A stretch of 64,000 nt of DNA from Patescibacteria group bacterium (GCA_018829965.1 JAHJTG010000016.1:29537-93536); one strand, 5' to 3'. Counted from the first letter of the stretch, positions 32,381 through 41,188 are shown. Notes: generated by a model from the sequence alone, not told the origin. A program made the numbers and translations.

Positions 32381-32470
32381 ATTTTTAATAATAGTTTTAA
32401 TTTATCTCAGTGGACGGTGTCCCGCCATCGGCGGGACGACCATTTCGACTTGCCCGCCTAAATTTTGGTG

Positions 32471-32542
32471 TGGGCGACACAGGGCTCGAACCTGTAACCT
32501 TTCCGATGTGACCGGAATGCTCTGCCATTGAGCTAGTCGCCC
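32471..32542 (-). tRNA. tRNA-Val (anticodon CAC)
   Basis: GGGCGAC TA GCTC AATGGCA GAGC A TTCCG GTCACAT CGGAA AGGTT ACAGG TTCGAGC CCTGT GTCGCCC A. No encoded CCA. Confidence 0.9.
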
Positions 32543-32612
32543 AAAATTTGGGCGGGTGAATGAACGAAACGCTGTGTTATTTCTATTTTAACACTTCTAT
32601 AATCATAAGCAA

Positions 32613-32646
32613 TAAAAAAAACACGGAAATCGCTTTCCGTGTTTTA
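32613..32646 (-). terminator. rho-independent terminator of the 32794-33336 gene
   Basis: Minus strand ACACGGAAAgcgaTTTCCGTGT followed by 8 T. Confidence 0.75.
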
Positions 32647-32793
32647 CCTCGACGAGCTTACGCCCACTCAGGCCTAAAGTTTTTTCTTAATTAAAAAACT
32701 TTTTTGCATTTCATAGGGCTTACGTTTCCAAAAGTTCAAGAAACCAAGATTCAATAAAGAGCCAAGCTTCCAAATTCCCAAGGATTTTGAAGA

Positions 32794-33336
32794 TTACTTG
32801 CGACGACCGAGGAAGCGAGCGCCCTCATTCCAATCATTCTCGAAATAGTACAGGTTCAAGTCCCGATCATCAGCCCTGCCGCACAAATACGGCACGCGGA
32901 GAGAGCCAGCGGGATGCCGCCAGGACGACTTTAGAGCAACTATCGGAAATTGTCGTTGAAGCTCCGGTTGATCTTCTCCTAACGCAAGTAGGTCCACGAT
33001 ATCTCCGGGGTCACAACCAGCTTTAGACATCTCGTCAATTGCATCATCGCTTAAAATACGCCGATTGAATTGGAAAAGAACGAGCTCTTTCTCCTTTTTA
33101 CCACTACCTACGACCGGAAAATTCTCTTGAGTGATATCGCTATTCACCTGATCATATTTACCAGCTTTAATCATTTCCATTAAGGGCTTAGTGTAGTCCA
33201 CTGTGAGGTTGTAAACGATCCGGTCTTTCAGGACTACAATTAATTCTCCTGAAAGAAATTTTTGCACTCCTTCTATGCCACCAAGTTTGTTTACTATCGC
33301 TTCAATTTGACCAAGGGTTAAATTTCCGTACTTCAT
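32794..33336 (-). CDS. hypothetical protein, compositionally atypical (GC-rich 3' half)
   Basis: 180-aa ORF with its own promoter, an AAGGTGA Shine-Dalgarno sequence and a terminator. No family recognised. Confidence 0.6.
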   Translation of the reverse strand: MKYGNLTLGQIEAIVNKLGGIEGVQKFLSGELIVVLKDRIVYNLTVDYTKPLMEMIKAGKYDQVNSDITQENFPVVGSGKKEKELVLFQFNRRILSDDAIDEMSKAGCDPGDIVDLLALGEDQPELQRQFPIVALKSSWRHPAGSLRVPYLCGRADDRDLNLYYFENDWNEGARFLGRRK

Positions 33337-33441
33337 AAATCACCTTACCTTTCTCGGCTGTTTGCCGAAAGAATTCCCTCTGCCCGAGGTTATAGGGATC
33401 GCACAATGCGATATTTTAAAGAGCTTAATTAATACATTTAT

Positions 33442-33471
33442 ACTATACCATACAGCATCATACCTTGTCAA
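33442..33471 (-). promoter_or_regulatory. sigma70-type promoter (TTGACA, 18-nt spacer, TGgTATAGT)
   Basis: Minus strand ctaTTGACAaggtatgatgctgtatggTATAGTa, about 105 nt upstream of the 33336 ATG. Confidence 0.6.
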
Positions 33472-33478
33472 TAGTTAA

Positions 33479-34330
33479 CTAATCTATTATCTCCGCTAGT
33501 AACTTATTAATATAATCCATCGAAGAATCGTTCAGAATTACTACATCATAAGTATGTTTATATGCTTCCAAGCTCTCTTCTACTCTCTCATTCAGAAATC
33601 CTACTTTAATTAAATTTTCGTAATCAAAACCCTTAACCATTCCTATATCGCTTAAGCTGTCTCCTAATAATAAGACATTTTTCCTGTCTTTTATTTTACT
33701 AAAGAATGGAGAATCATTAATTATTGTTTCGTCTTTATTCATCCCGTGGATAATCGGCTGCTTAACAGCAATAGCTTTGCCGTTTTTATCCCACTCGTAT
33801 GAATTGGAAATGATATAAATATTTTCGTATAGTTTTCCTTGTTTTTCCAAAAGCATTGAAATAGCATCTCCCCCTACTCCGCTTGAAGATATAATAAGCA
33901 AAGGGATATTATGATTTTTTAAAAAATCTATAAACCCTGAAAAGCCATCTCTGAATTTAACCTTTCCAGATTCAACAATTTTTTCTATATCCTTCTTATT
34001 CAACCCTGACTTAATTAATAAATCAAAATGGGTTGTCCACCACTCTTGCATTGCTTTTTTCTTTTCCTCAAAGGAAACTTTCGGGTCTATTTCAATCTGA
34101 TAATATTTATCATGAAGCTCTTTAGCTTTTTTAGTATAATCGGGAGTCATATAATTGCCGTCGTACAAAATAGATATAATAGAAGAAACGCTTTTCCCGC
34201 CAACAAAAGCTGATGTGAGCGTTCTATCAAAATCAGCTAAAACATGTAGCCCCCTAGCCCCTTTTTCAGAAATCGCTTTCTTTATTTTCTCTAACTCCTG
34301 CGGGTTTGAAATGATGATATTTTCTTCCAT
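33479..34330 (-). CDS. HAD-superfamily hydrolase, pyrimidine 5'-nucleotidase (UMPH-1)-like
   Basis: Motif I DFDRTLT, a cap domain inserted after motif I, ISSSGVG, C-terminal LLLGDSLSD. Confidence 0.6.
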   Translation of the reverse strand: MEENIIISNPQELEKIKKAISEKGARGLHVLADFDRTLTSAFVGGKSVSSIISILYDGNYMTPDYTKKAKELHDKYYQIEIDPKVSFEEKKKAMQEWWTTHFDLLIKSGLNKKDIEKIVESGKVKFRDGFSGFIDFLKNHNIPLLIISSSGVGGDAISMLLEKQGKLYENIYIISNSYEWDKNGKAIAVKQPIIHGMNKDETIINDSPFFSKIKDRKNVLLLGDSLSDIGMVKGFDYENLIKVGFLNERVEESLEAYKHTYDVVILNDSSMDYINKLLAEIID

Positions 34331-34390
34331 GTTTTCTTTATTTTAGATTAGCTTTATTTTAAAAAATTTTCAATAATAAAAACTTTATAC

Positions 34391-34420
34391 AAAAAAAACC
34401 GCTCGCAAGCGGTTTTTTCT
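34391..34420. terminator. bidirectional rho-independent terminator
   Basis: aaaaaaaaCCGCTcgcaAGCGGtttttt. Confidence 0.75.
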
Positions 34421-34427
34421 TTTTCTA

Positions 34428-34566
34428 AACTGTTAAGCGAGGAAAGTAATTTCTTTTACGATTCGGAGCGAATTGGATTGGTGTCGCCTTAGGCGACCAA
34501 TTCGCGAGTAGTAGCAAATTTTTCGCTGGAAAAAATTCGCGTGTAAAAGAAATTACTTTCCGAGCG
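34428..34566 (-). repeat. F1 long-hairpin element, copy d
   Basis: aactgttaagcgagg-[ggaaagtaatttcttttac ... gtaaaagaaattactttcc]-gagcg. Perfect 19-bp outer stem. Abuts the rplL stop. Confidence 0.88.
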
Positions 34567-35085
34567 CTACTTTAACTCTACTTTCGCTCCTACTGCTTCA
34601 AACTTCTTTTTGATGTCTTCTGCTTCCTCTTTCTTGGCGTTTTCTTTAACCATTTGAGGAGCTGCGGCTGCGGCATCAACTAAGTCCTTTGATTCCTTTA
34701 ATCCTTTGCCAGTAATATCTCTTACAATCTTAATAACGTCAATTTTCTTTTGTCCAACATCTTTTAACTCTATGTTAAATGAAGTTTTCTCTTCTTCTGG
34801 AGCTACTGCTACGGCCGGAGCTGCTGCTACGACTGGAGCTGCTGCTGATACGCCGAATTTGCTTTCTAATACTTTTACCAATTCGGCTAGATCTAAAACT
34901 GACATTTTCTCTATTTCTCCAACTAATGATTGAAATTTAACTGGAACTTCTATTTTTTTTTCATTGTCCATCGGAGGTTGAGTAGTTGTAGTACCGGTTA
35001 AATCCGGCTTACTTCCAGGATCAACGGAAGTAGTTTTGGTATTAGAAGTTGCCGTTGTGGGTTTGTTTTCTTTTTCTTCTGTCAT
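34567..35085 (-). CDS. rplL: 50S ribosomal protein L7/L12 with approx. 45-aa T/P-rich N-terminal extension
   Basis: Core [23 protein letters not shown], Ala-rich hinge, C-terminal domain [24 protein letters not shown]...[10 protein letters not shown]. An alternative internal start is Met-39 (34971). Confidence 0.9.
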   Translation of the reverse strand: MTEEKENKPTTATSNTKTTSVDPGSKPDLTGTTTTQPPMDNEKKIEVPVKFQSLVGEIEKMSVLDLAELVKVLESKFGVSAAAPVVAAAPAVAVAPEEEKTSFNIELKDVGQKKIDVIKIVRDITGKGLKESKDLVDAAAAAPQMVKENAKKEEAEDIKKKFEAVGAKVELK

Positions 35086-35103
35086 ATATTTTTATTATTT
35101 TAA

Positions 35104-35625
35104 TTATTTTTTAATTGCGCTTAAAGCGTACAATAGACCTTTAATGTTTCCTTGTAAAACATTTACAAAACCTGAAACTGGTGAAGCAATACTGCCTACC
35201 AATTTTGCTAATAATTCATCCCTTGAAGGAATCCTTGATAAGGTAAGAATCATTTCCTTATTAGCATACTTATTTTCAAAAATACCTCCTAAAATCTTTA
35301 AGTTTTCGCTTTCTTTACTAAATTGAGCTGAAATTTTGGCTGGAGATACTTCGTCTTCTATTCCGAAAACTATAGCTAATTGTCCAGGAATATTCTTTTT
35401 TGCTTCTTCCCAGATAACAGCGTTAGCTCCCTCAAAAGCAATACCCCATAATGTCTTTTTAGAAACCTTAAGGGTACATCCAGCTGCCTTTAATTTTTGC
35501 CTAAAAGAAAAGATATCTTTGGAATTAACCTTAGAAAAATCAACAAAAACTATTGATTTTTTGTTCTCAATTCTTTTCTTTAAATCTTCTACTGCTTTTT
35601 TCTTTTGATCTTTTGTTAGGGCCAT
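35104..35625 (-). CDS. rplJ: 50S ribosomal protein L10
   Basis: 173 aa. VFVDFSKVNSKDIFSFRQKL and the C-terminal helix region. Immediately upstream of rplL. Confidence 0.92.
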   Translation of the reverse strand: MALTKDQKKKAVEDLKKRIENKKSIVFVDFSKVNSKDIFSFRQKLKAAGCTLKVSKKTLWGIAFEGANAVIWEEAKKNIPGQLAIVFGIEDEVSPAKISAQFSKESENLKILGGIFENKYANKEMILTLSRIPSRDELLAKLVGSIASPVSGFVNVLQGNIKGLLYALSAIKK

Positions 35626-35760
35626 AATAGTTTTGCTTCACAAAAGAAACTCTAAATTCTAAGCTCTAAACTCTAAACTCGTCGTGTTTGTAATTTTTAA
35701 TTTAGAATTTTGAATTTATTTAGGATTTAGAATTTCGGATTTAGAATTTTTACAAAATAA
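35626..35760. repeat. F4 inverted heptamer-array element, copy b
   Basis: aaactctaaattctaagctctaaactctaaactcg ... tttagaattttgaatttatttaggatttagaatttcggatttagaattt. Starts at the rplJ ATG. Confidence 0.8.
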
Positions 35761-35771
35761 AATGCCTGCTA

Positions 35772-35857
35772 CCGCAGACAGCTTAAAACAAGTAAAAAAC
35801 TTGTAGCGCCTCGATGGGATTTATTTCCGGCTTATTCCGAAAACCCATTGTCTGTGG
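35772..35857 (-). promoter_or_regulatory. structured RNA upstream of rplJ (candidate L10 autoregulatory leader)
   Basis: Minus strand: CCACAGACA-[AUGGG..CGGAAUAAGCCG..CCCAU]-..-[ACAAGU UUUUU ACUUGU]-..-UGUCUGCGG. A closed multi-stem junction in the position of the L10 leader. Confidence 0.4.
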
Positions 35858-36055
35858 CTTATTTCGTATATATTAATATCTTACACGATAGGATATGGAT
35901 GTCAACCCTTCCACTAATTTTTACAACAGAAATTGAATACTGATAATGACAGCCGCAGTCATCCACCTTTTTTGAAAAGGTGAAGGACGCAGGCGCTTCG
36001 CATATTATACAAACTACTATAGCGGCCTCTGCTGAAATTAGTGAAGGATCAATAG

Positions 36056-37054
36056 TTAAATGCCATATTTAGCCCTAGCCTTATTATGTTCTGCGAATGT
36101 CTTACTAAAAATTGTTGTGCCGTCAGGAGTTGATAAAAAGTATAAATAATCGCTTTCTGTTGGATATATAGCGGCCACTATGCTATCTAATCCCGGATTT
36201 GAAATAGGTCCCAAGGGCAAACCCCTATATTTATATGTGTTATATGGCGAATCTATTTTAGTATCTTCTGTTAAAACTTCTGTGCTTTTTTTACCAGTGA
36301 TATATACTACTGTTGCACATGACTGAAGGGGTATCCCAAGTTTTAATCTTTTCCAGAAAATTCCAGAAACAAGCTTCTTGTCTTCTAAAGTTCTTACTTC
36401 CCTCTCAATTAAAGAGGCCATTGTAATAACTTCAAAGATTGACTTCCCTTGACGAGCGATTTCTTGCCTTAATTCCGAAGATAATTTTCTATCAAAATTA
36501 GATAGAACCTTTTTTATAACCTCTCCAACAGCGGTCCCTGGAATAATTTTATAAGTATCTGGAAAAAGATAACCCTCTAAGTCTGCACCTATGGGCTTAT
36601 CATTTAAAAAATTGAAATCTTGGTTAAAATCTTTTTCAACCAAATTAAAAAACTCTTCTTTGTTACAAATTCCTTTTTCCTCAAAGTATTGAGCTATATC
36701 CTTCAAATTCCATCCTTCAATTATAGTTATCTTTTCTTTTTTAACATCTCCTTTGATAAACTTCCCGAGCATATCATCAATATTCATTGCAGGAGATAAT
36801 TCATATGTACCTATTTGGAGTTTTTTTGCCTTGCCAAGAAGTGAAGTATAAAATCTAAAAATAGACGGGTGTTTTATTAATCCTTGATTTCTTAAGCCAA
36901 TCGAGATTGCTTTTGCTCCTTGACCTTTTTGAATATTAAAATCAATTATTTCATTAGAGCTTTGATTTAAAGGTAAATAAATTTCGCTCCATAAAAAAAC
37001 AACACCTATGATAAAAATTAGCGCTGTTAATAATAAAATTGGTTTTTTGCCCAT
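36056..37054 (-). CDS. mltG: endolytic murein transglycosylase MltG (YceG-like)
   Basis: N-terminal TM, LysM-like segment, catalytic region MASLIEREV, and GLPLGPISNPG. Confidence 0.9.
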   Translation of the reverse strand: MGKKPILLLTALIFIIGVVFLWSEIYLPLNQSSNEIIDFNIQKGQGAKAISIGLRNQGLIKHPSIFRFYTSLLGKAKKLQIGTYELSPAMNIDDMLGKFIKGDVKKEKITIIEGWNLKDIAQYFEEKGICNKEEFFNLVEKDFNQDFNFLNDKPIGADLEGYLFPDTYKIIPGTAVGEVIKKVLSNFDRKLSSELRQEIARQGKSIFEVITMASLIEREVRTLEDKKLVSGIFWKRLKLGIPLQSCATVVYITGKKSTEVLTEDTKIDSPYNTYKYRGLPLGPISNPGLDSIVAAIYPTESDYLYFLSTPDGTTIFSKTFAEHNKARAKYGI

Positions 37055-37060
37055 TGTCTG

Positions 37061-37696
37061 CTATTTGCTTATTAGAGGAACGAAAACAAAGCCCGGGTAT
37101 TCTATTTCCTCGTATTTATTATCTGTTTTTTTTATAATCGTTTTAATCGAATTCCCTACTGGAGCTACTATTTTACCACCGATTTTCAGCTGTTTTTTCC
37201 AGGCAAGAGGAATTTTTGCGCAGGATGCAGACACTAATATTTTATCAAACCCTTCGACAAGCTCAGGGTCGGTAGCAAGACCAGAATACCTTTTTGAACC
37301 GTCCCCTAAAACATACTTAACAATTCCTTTTTCTATAAAGCTATACTTTGCCACATTCTGCTCGCCAAATTCTTTTAACTCCGGGATTAATTCAATAGAA
37401 ACTATTTTGCCTGTCTCCCCTACTATTTGAGCTAAAAGAGCTGTTGTCCAGCCAGAGCCGGAACCAATGTCTAAAATCTTCTCGCCTATTTTCGGCTGTA
37501 ATTGCTCTAACATAAAAGCAACCACTGCAGGTTGCGATATGGTTTGATTAAAACCAATGGGAAGCGCTTCATTAAGCTCGGCAAGTTTTTTCATTCCTTC
37601 TGGCAAAAAATCCTGCCTCTTTATTTTTATAAAGGCGTCTTTTATAGAATCGGTTTTCAACCAACCTTCTTGAATTAAAGAATCTATAAGATTCAT
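37061..37696 (-). CDS. pcm: protein-L-isoaspartate O-methyltransferase
   Basis: QTISQPAVVAFMLE, LDIGSGSGWTTALLA, GGKIVAPVG. Confidence 0.9.
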   Translation of the reverse strand: MNLIDSLIQEGWLKTDSIKDAFIKIKRQDFLPEGMKKLAELNEALPIGFNQTISQPAVVAFMLEQLQPKIGEKILDIGSGSGWTTALLAQIVGETGKIVSIELIPELKEFGEQNVAKYSFIEKGIVKYVLGDGSKRYSGLATDPELVEGFDKILVSASCAKIPLAWKKQLKIGGKIVAPVGNSIKTIIKKTDNKYEEIEYPGFVFVPLISK

Positions 37697-37822
37697 AATA
37701 AACTCTAAATTCTAATATCTAAATTCTAAATAATTTCAAAACTAAAATATTTAAACTCGAAAAGTGTTTTGAATTTTGTGATTTAGAATTTGGGATTTAT
37801 TTAGGATTTAGTGCTTAGGATT
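37697..37822. repeat. F4 inverted heptamer-array element, copy c
   Basis: aaactctaaattctaatatctaaattctaaataatttcaaaa ... tttgaattttgtgatttagaatttgggatttatttaggatttag. Abuts the pcm ATG. Confidence 0.8.
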
Positions 37823-38200
37823 TTACAGTAACTTTCCTTGTCTTAATTTTTTAGTGATAGTTTCGGCTTTTTCTTTGCCTTCTTTGGTGATAGTAAATTC
37901 AGTTTTAGGATCTCCTTTAATAAGTTTCTGATTTCTCAATGCTCTTAATGGTCTGTCTAATTTCCTCGCATCCGGCCATTGAGGGTAGCTCTTAAAGCCA
38001 AAAACATCTGGGAATAAAATAAAGGATTGATTGACTAATTTCTCAAACTTACAATCTTGCTTGTTTGATAATATTGAATAAATACTAAAAAGAATCAAAT
38101 CACCTATCGACATCTTGGGAAAAGCTGTTTTTGTTTTATTTTTTTTATCTTTACTCATAATAGATGAACTTATTTTATTTTTCCCAAACAATATGTCCAT
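37823..38200 (-). CDS. hypothetical protein (first gene downstream of the R-M pair; start uncertain)
   Basis: 125-aa ORF overlapping the HNH gene by 26 nt. Internal Mets at residues 15 and 30 would remove the overlap. Confidence 0.45.
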   Translation of the reverse strand: MDILFGKNKISSSIMSKDKKNKTKTAFPKMSIGDLILFSIYSILSNKQDCKFEKLVNQSFILFPDVFGFKSYPQWPDARKLDRPLRALRNQKLIKGDPKTEFTITKEGKEKAETITKKLRQGKLL

Positions 38201-38759
38201 TTATATTGTGCTTTTCATAAGTCTCCAATACATCTACACAAAATTTAACCAATTCTTGGTTCTTTTCTCTTTTTGCTAATTCATATAAACGAATGAACAT
38301 TTTCTTACCTGTCTCGGTTTGCTTTAAATTCTTTTTAATAAAATTGTGTTGAGAGCACAAAGTTTGACCATTTTCTATTGTTGCTTCACCGCCTAAATCT
38401 TTGGGCTTTATATGATCAATGTGCAAATCCATGCCATCTTTTTTTCCCCTTCCGCAAATAACACACTTATAGCCATCTCTTTTTAAAATAGCTTCTTTTT
38501 GTAAAACACTAAAATCTTCCAATTTTCTTTTATGTGCTTTATCAGGATCATATTTATAAATTCCTTTAGAAATTTTAATCAAAAATCCGCTTTGAGACAA
38601 TTTACGAATAGCTCTATCTGGATCACGAAAGACATTTCCAGTTCTCTTTTTATAAGTCGTAACAACCCAATCTACAACTTCGGGGTGTTTTATATCTCTA
38701 TTTGGATTTTTCTTAAAAAACTCAATGATTAAGTCTTGTTGAATTACATTATTTTTCAT
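38175..38759 (-). CDS. HNH-family endonuclease (candidate type II restriction enzyme)
   Basis: CVICGRGKK...HIDHIKPKDLGGEATIENGQTLCSQHN (Cys pair plus H-N-H). Directly downstream of a DNA methyltransferase. Confidence 0.75.
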   Translation of the reverse strand: MKNNVIQQDLIIEFFKKNPNRDIKHPEVVDWVVTTYKKRTGNVFRDPDRAIRKLSQSGFLIKISKGIYKYDPDKAHKRKLEDFSVLQKEAILKRDGYKCVICGRGKKDGMDLHIDHIKPKDLGGEATIENGQTLCSQHNFIKKNLKQTETGKKMFIRLYELAKREKNQELVKFCVDVLETYEKHNINGHIVWEK

Positions 38760-38785
38760 AATTTTATTTAATTTATTAAGTTTGA

Positions 38786-39607
38786 TTAATTAATTTTCGC
38801 TTCTATCTGTAATCGATTAATCGCTATATCGCAATATTCTTTATCAATATCAACACCAATACTTTTTCTATTATGTGAATATGAGGCGATCAAAGTTGAA
38901 CCGCTTCCTAAAAAGGGATCTAAAACCGTATCACCTATAAAAGAAAATAATTTTATACATCTTCTTGGTAGCTCAACAGGAAATGGCGCAGGATGGCCAC
39001 CTGCTCCTTTTTTACTTTGACCATTAAATGTCCAAACACCATTTGTCCAATCCATAAACTCTTGCTTTGTAATATCATTTTTTCTACTACTTCCAGTTTT
39101 TTTCCAACTATCTTTATATAAAACTAAGATCAATTCTACTGGAGCAATAACATATGGAGCAGAAGCCGACATAAACGAACCCCAAGCAGTACGACGAGAT
39201 ATATTCCCCTCGTTCCAAATTATTGTTGAGTGATATTTCCAGCCAACATCCTTTGCGATTTTTGTAATATCTGCACCAACTGATTTTTGGCCACCTTTAT
39301 TTTTATCAAGCGGAATATTTAATAAAAAGCGCCCTTCATTTTTTGCTAAATCAAAACATTTTTTAATCCATTTTTGGGTAAATTCTAAATAATCTTCATA
39401 AGTCAAATTATCGGCATGAGAATTATAATGAATATCAACATTATAGGGCGGAGAAGTAACTATCAAATCAACTGAATTTTTTGGAATAGCTGTAATCTTC
39501 AAAATATCGTCTTTATAAATCAGAAGATTATCCCTTTCAAAATAGGGTTTTTGAGATTGCACATTATTAATATTTTTATTTTCTTCTATTATCGTTGTAT
39601 TTATCAT
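38786..39607 (-). CDS. beta-class N4-cytosine/N6-adenine DNA methyltransferase
   Basis: Catalytic DLIVTSPPYNV precedes the SAM motif VLDPFLGSGST (circularly permuted beta order). Confidence 0.88.
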   Translation of the reverse strand: MINTTIIEENKNINNVQSQKPYFERDNLLIYKDDILKITAIPKNSVDLIVTSPPYNVDIHYNSHADNLTYEDYLEFTQKWIKKCFDLAKNEGRFLLNIPLDKNKGGQKSVGADITKIAKDVGWKYHSTIIWNEGNISRRTAWGSFMSASAPYVIAPVELILVLYKDSWKKTGSSRKNDITKQEFMDWTNGVWTFNGQSKKGAGGHPAPFPVELPRRCIKLFSFIGDTVLDPFLGSGSTLIASYSHNRKSIGVDIDKEYCDIAINRLQIEAKIN

Positions 39608-39726
39608 TTAATTGATGTTTTGTAAAATGTTAGATTCTTTTCGCTTATTTTCTTTTTTGCCATATAATTTTTGAAATTTTATATTGCGGGCTTGCCTCGC
39701 CGAAGGTCGCTTAAGGTGACCGAAGG

Positions 39727-39797
39727 CGGGTCCGCCTGGACTCGAACCAGGAACAGTGGTTTTGGAGACCACAATTATACCATTTAACTACGGACCC
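39727..39797 (-). tRNA. tRNA-Trp (anticodon CCA)
   Basis: GGGTCCG TA GTTA AATGGTA TAAT T GTGGT CTCCAAA ACCAC TGTT CCTGG TTCGAGT CCAGG CGGACCC G. Confidence 0.9.
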
Positions 39798-39856
39798 ATA
39801 TATGGCAAGGCAGGCGGGGAGATTCCTATGATAGCCATTTCACCACACCCCCATTT

Positions 39857-40198
39857 CTATTTTTCATTCCAATCGTTTCTTTTATCTTTTCTACACCCCT
39901 TGTAAGAAAAACCCTTCGGGTGTCTTTTCTTTAACTTATTTATATTCTCTTTCAATACATCATTTAAATTCCAACCGTAAAAATTACAAATCATTGCAAT
40001 ATACCACATAGTATCGCCTAAGTTTTCTCTTATCCCGTTCTTCTGGTCGTCATTCTGAGAATATGTCTTTTTTATACAACCGGCCACATCTCCGGCTTCT
40101 CCAGAAATGCCCAAACCCCAAGTCATTATTTCCTTTTCCTTATCTTTAAACTTTTTTGACGTTGTTTTACAAAGCTTTTGATAATCTTTTAGATTCAT
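39857..40198 (-). CDS. MazG-like nucleotide pyrophosphohydrolase
   Basis: 113 aa. GLGISGEAGDVAGCIKK ... ENLGDTMWYIAM (EExxE/D-type all-alpha NTP-PPase pattern). Confidence 0.7.
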   Translation of the reverse strand: MNLKDYQKLCKTTSKKFKDKEKEIMTWGLGISGEAGDVAGCIKKTYSQNDDQKNGIRENLGDTMWYIAMICNFYGWNLNDVLKENINKLKKRHPKGFSYKGCRKDKRNDWNEK

Positions 40199-40203
40199 AT
40201 TTT

Positions 40204-40240
40204 AAAATTATCGTTTTTCTTCCTTGTGTAGTGTATGTTT
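40204..40240 (-). pseudogene. 37-bp relic of the rpmG 3' end (direct repeat of 41023-41059)
   Basis: 33/37 identity by hand alignment. Reads KHTLHKEEKR* versus KHTLHKEGKR* in intact rpmG. Confidence 0.7.
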
Positions 40241-40256
40241 CAAATGGGTAGTAACC

Positions 40257-40832
40257 TTATAAAATCTTTTTTTCTTTGAACCTTTCTATATCTTCTAGCA
40301 GCAAAAGCCTTGAGATAGTTGCGTATTTCTGCATCCCTAAAGACGGAGCATGAGCAAAGCCGACATATTCAATTTTTTTCTCTTTATATTTTATATAACA
40401 AATAGCGGGTATCAAATCGGTATCGGAACTTATTAAAACAGCCGTATCATATATATTATCAACCGCTCCTACTATCAAGTCGACTGCGATTTTAACATCT
40501 GTGCCCTTCTCTTTGTACATTTTTCCAATAGGCATAATCCTGCCACGTTTTATTGTAAAGCCATCTTTTTCAAGATTAGTAAAAAACTTTTGCTGTCCAT
40601 AAACTAACTGTTGGCTTTTTTCTGTCTTGTCTGTATTCCTGAAAACGCCTGTATAATATCTTTTTGAAACACATATTCTTTCTCCGACTAAAAAATCTAT
40701 CATACCCTTAAAGCTAAACTTAACGCCAGCAGGATAATTTATCTCTTTATCTTTTAAGTAACCGTAAAAATTGCTTCCATCTATGTAAATAGCGACTCTT
40801 TCTTTACCCTTTTTATTTATTTGATTATCCAT
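40257..40832 (-). CDS. NYN-domain (LabA-like) putative RNase
   Basis: RVAIYIDGSNFY, GTDVKIAVDL, LISSDTDLIPAI. Confidence 0.8.
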   Translation of the reverse strand: MDNQINKKGKERVAIYIDGSNFYGYLKDKEINYPAGVKFSFKGMIDFLVGERICVSKRYYTGVFRNTDKTEKSQQLVYGQQKFFTNLEKDGFTIKRGRIMPIGKMYKEKGTDVKIAVDLIVGAVDNIYDTAVLISSDTDLIPAICYIKYKEKKIEYVGFAHAPSLGMQKYATISRLLLLEDIERFKEKKIL

Positions 40833-41026
40833 ATGGCATAATTATACTACTGATTATAATAAAAAACTACCCTTGCCGAAGCAGGGGTAGTGTTCATATT
40901 AGATTTATCATACTCCCGTATAATTCATTGTCAATACCCTCGTAATAATCTAAAGCTTTTTTTTGTCGCACCCTCCTTCGCCCTAAACCCTGCGGGGTCG
41001 GGCTTCGGACGGGCAAAGCAATAAAA

Positions 41027-41188
41027 TTATCTTTTTCCTTCCTTGTGCAGAGTATGTTTTCTGCATCTCTTGCAGAATTTTTTCATTTCTAATTTCTTTT
41101 CAGCTGCTTTCTTTGATTTTTTTGTAAAGTAATTTATCTCCTTACAAACAGTACATAGAATCTTTGAAGCTTGTTTTTTCTTTGCCAT
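41027..41188 (-). CDS. rpmG: 50S ribosomal protein L33 (below the ORF-track length cutoff)
   Basis: Own translation: MAKKKQASKILCTVCKEINYFTKKSKKAAEKKLEMKKFCKRCRKHTLHKEGKR* (53 aa; CxxC...CxxC zinc ribbon, KHTLHKE). Confidence 0.9.
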   Translation of the reverse strand: MAKKKQASKILCTVCKEINYFTKKSKKAAEKKLEMKKFCKRCRKHTLHKEGKR

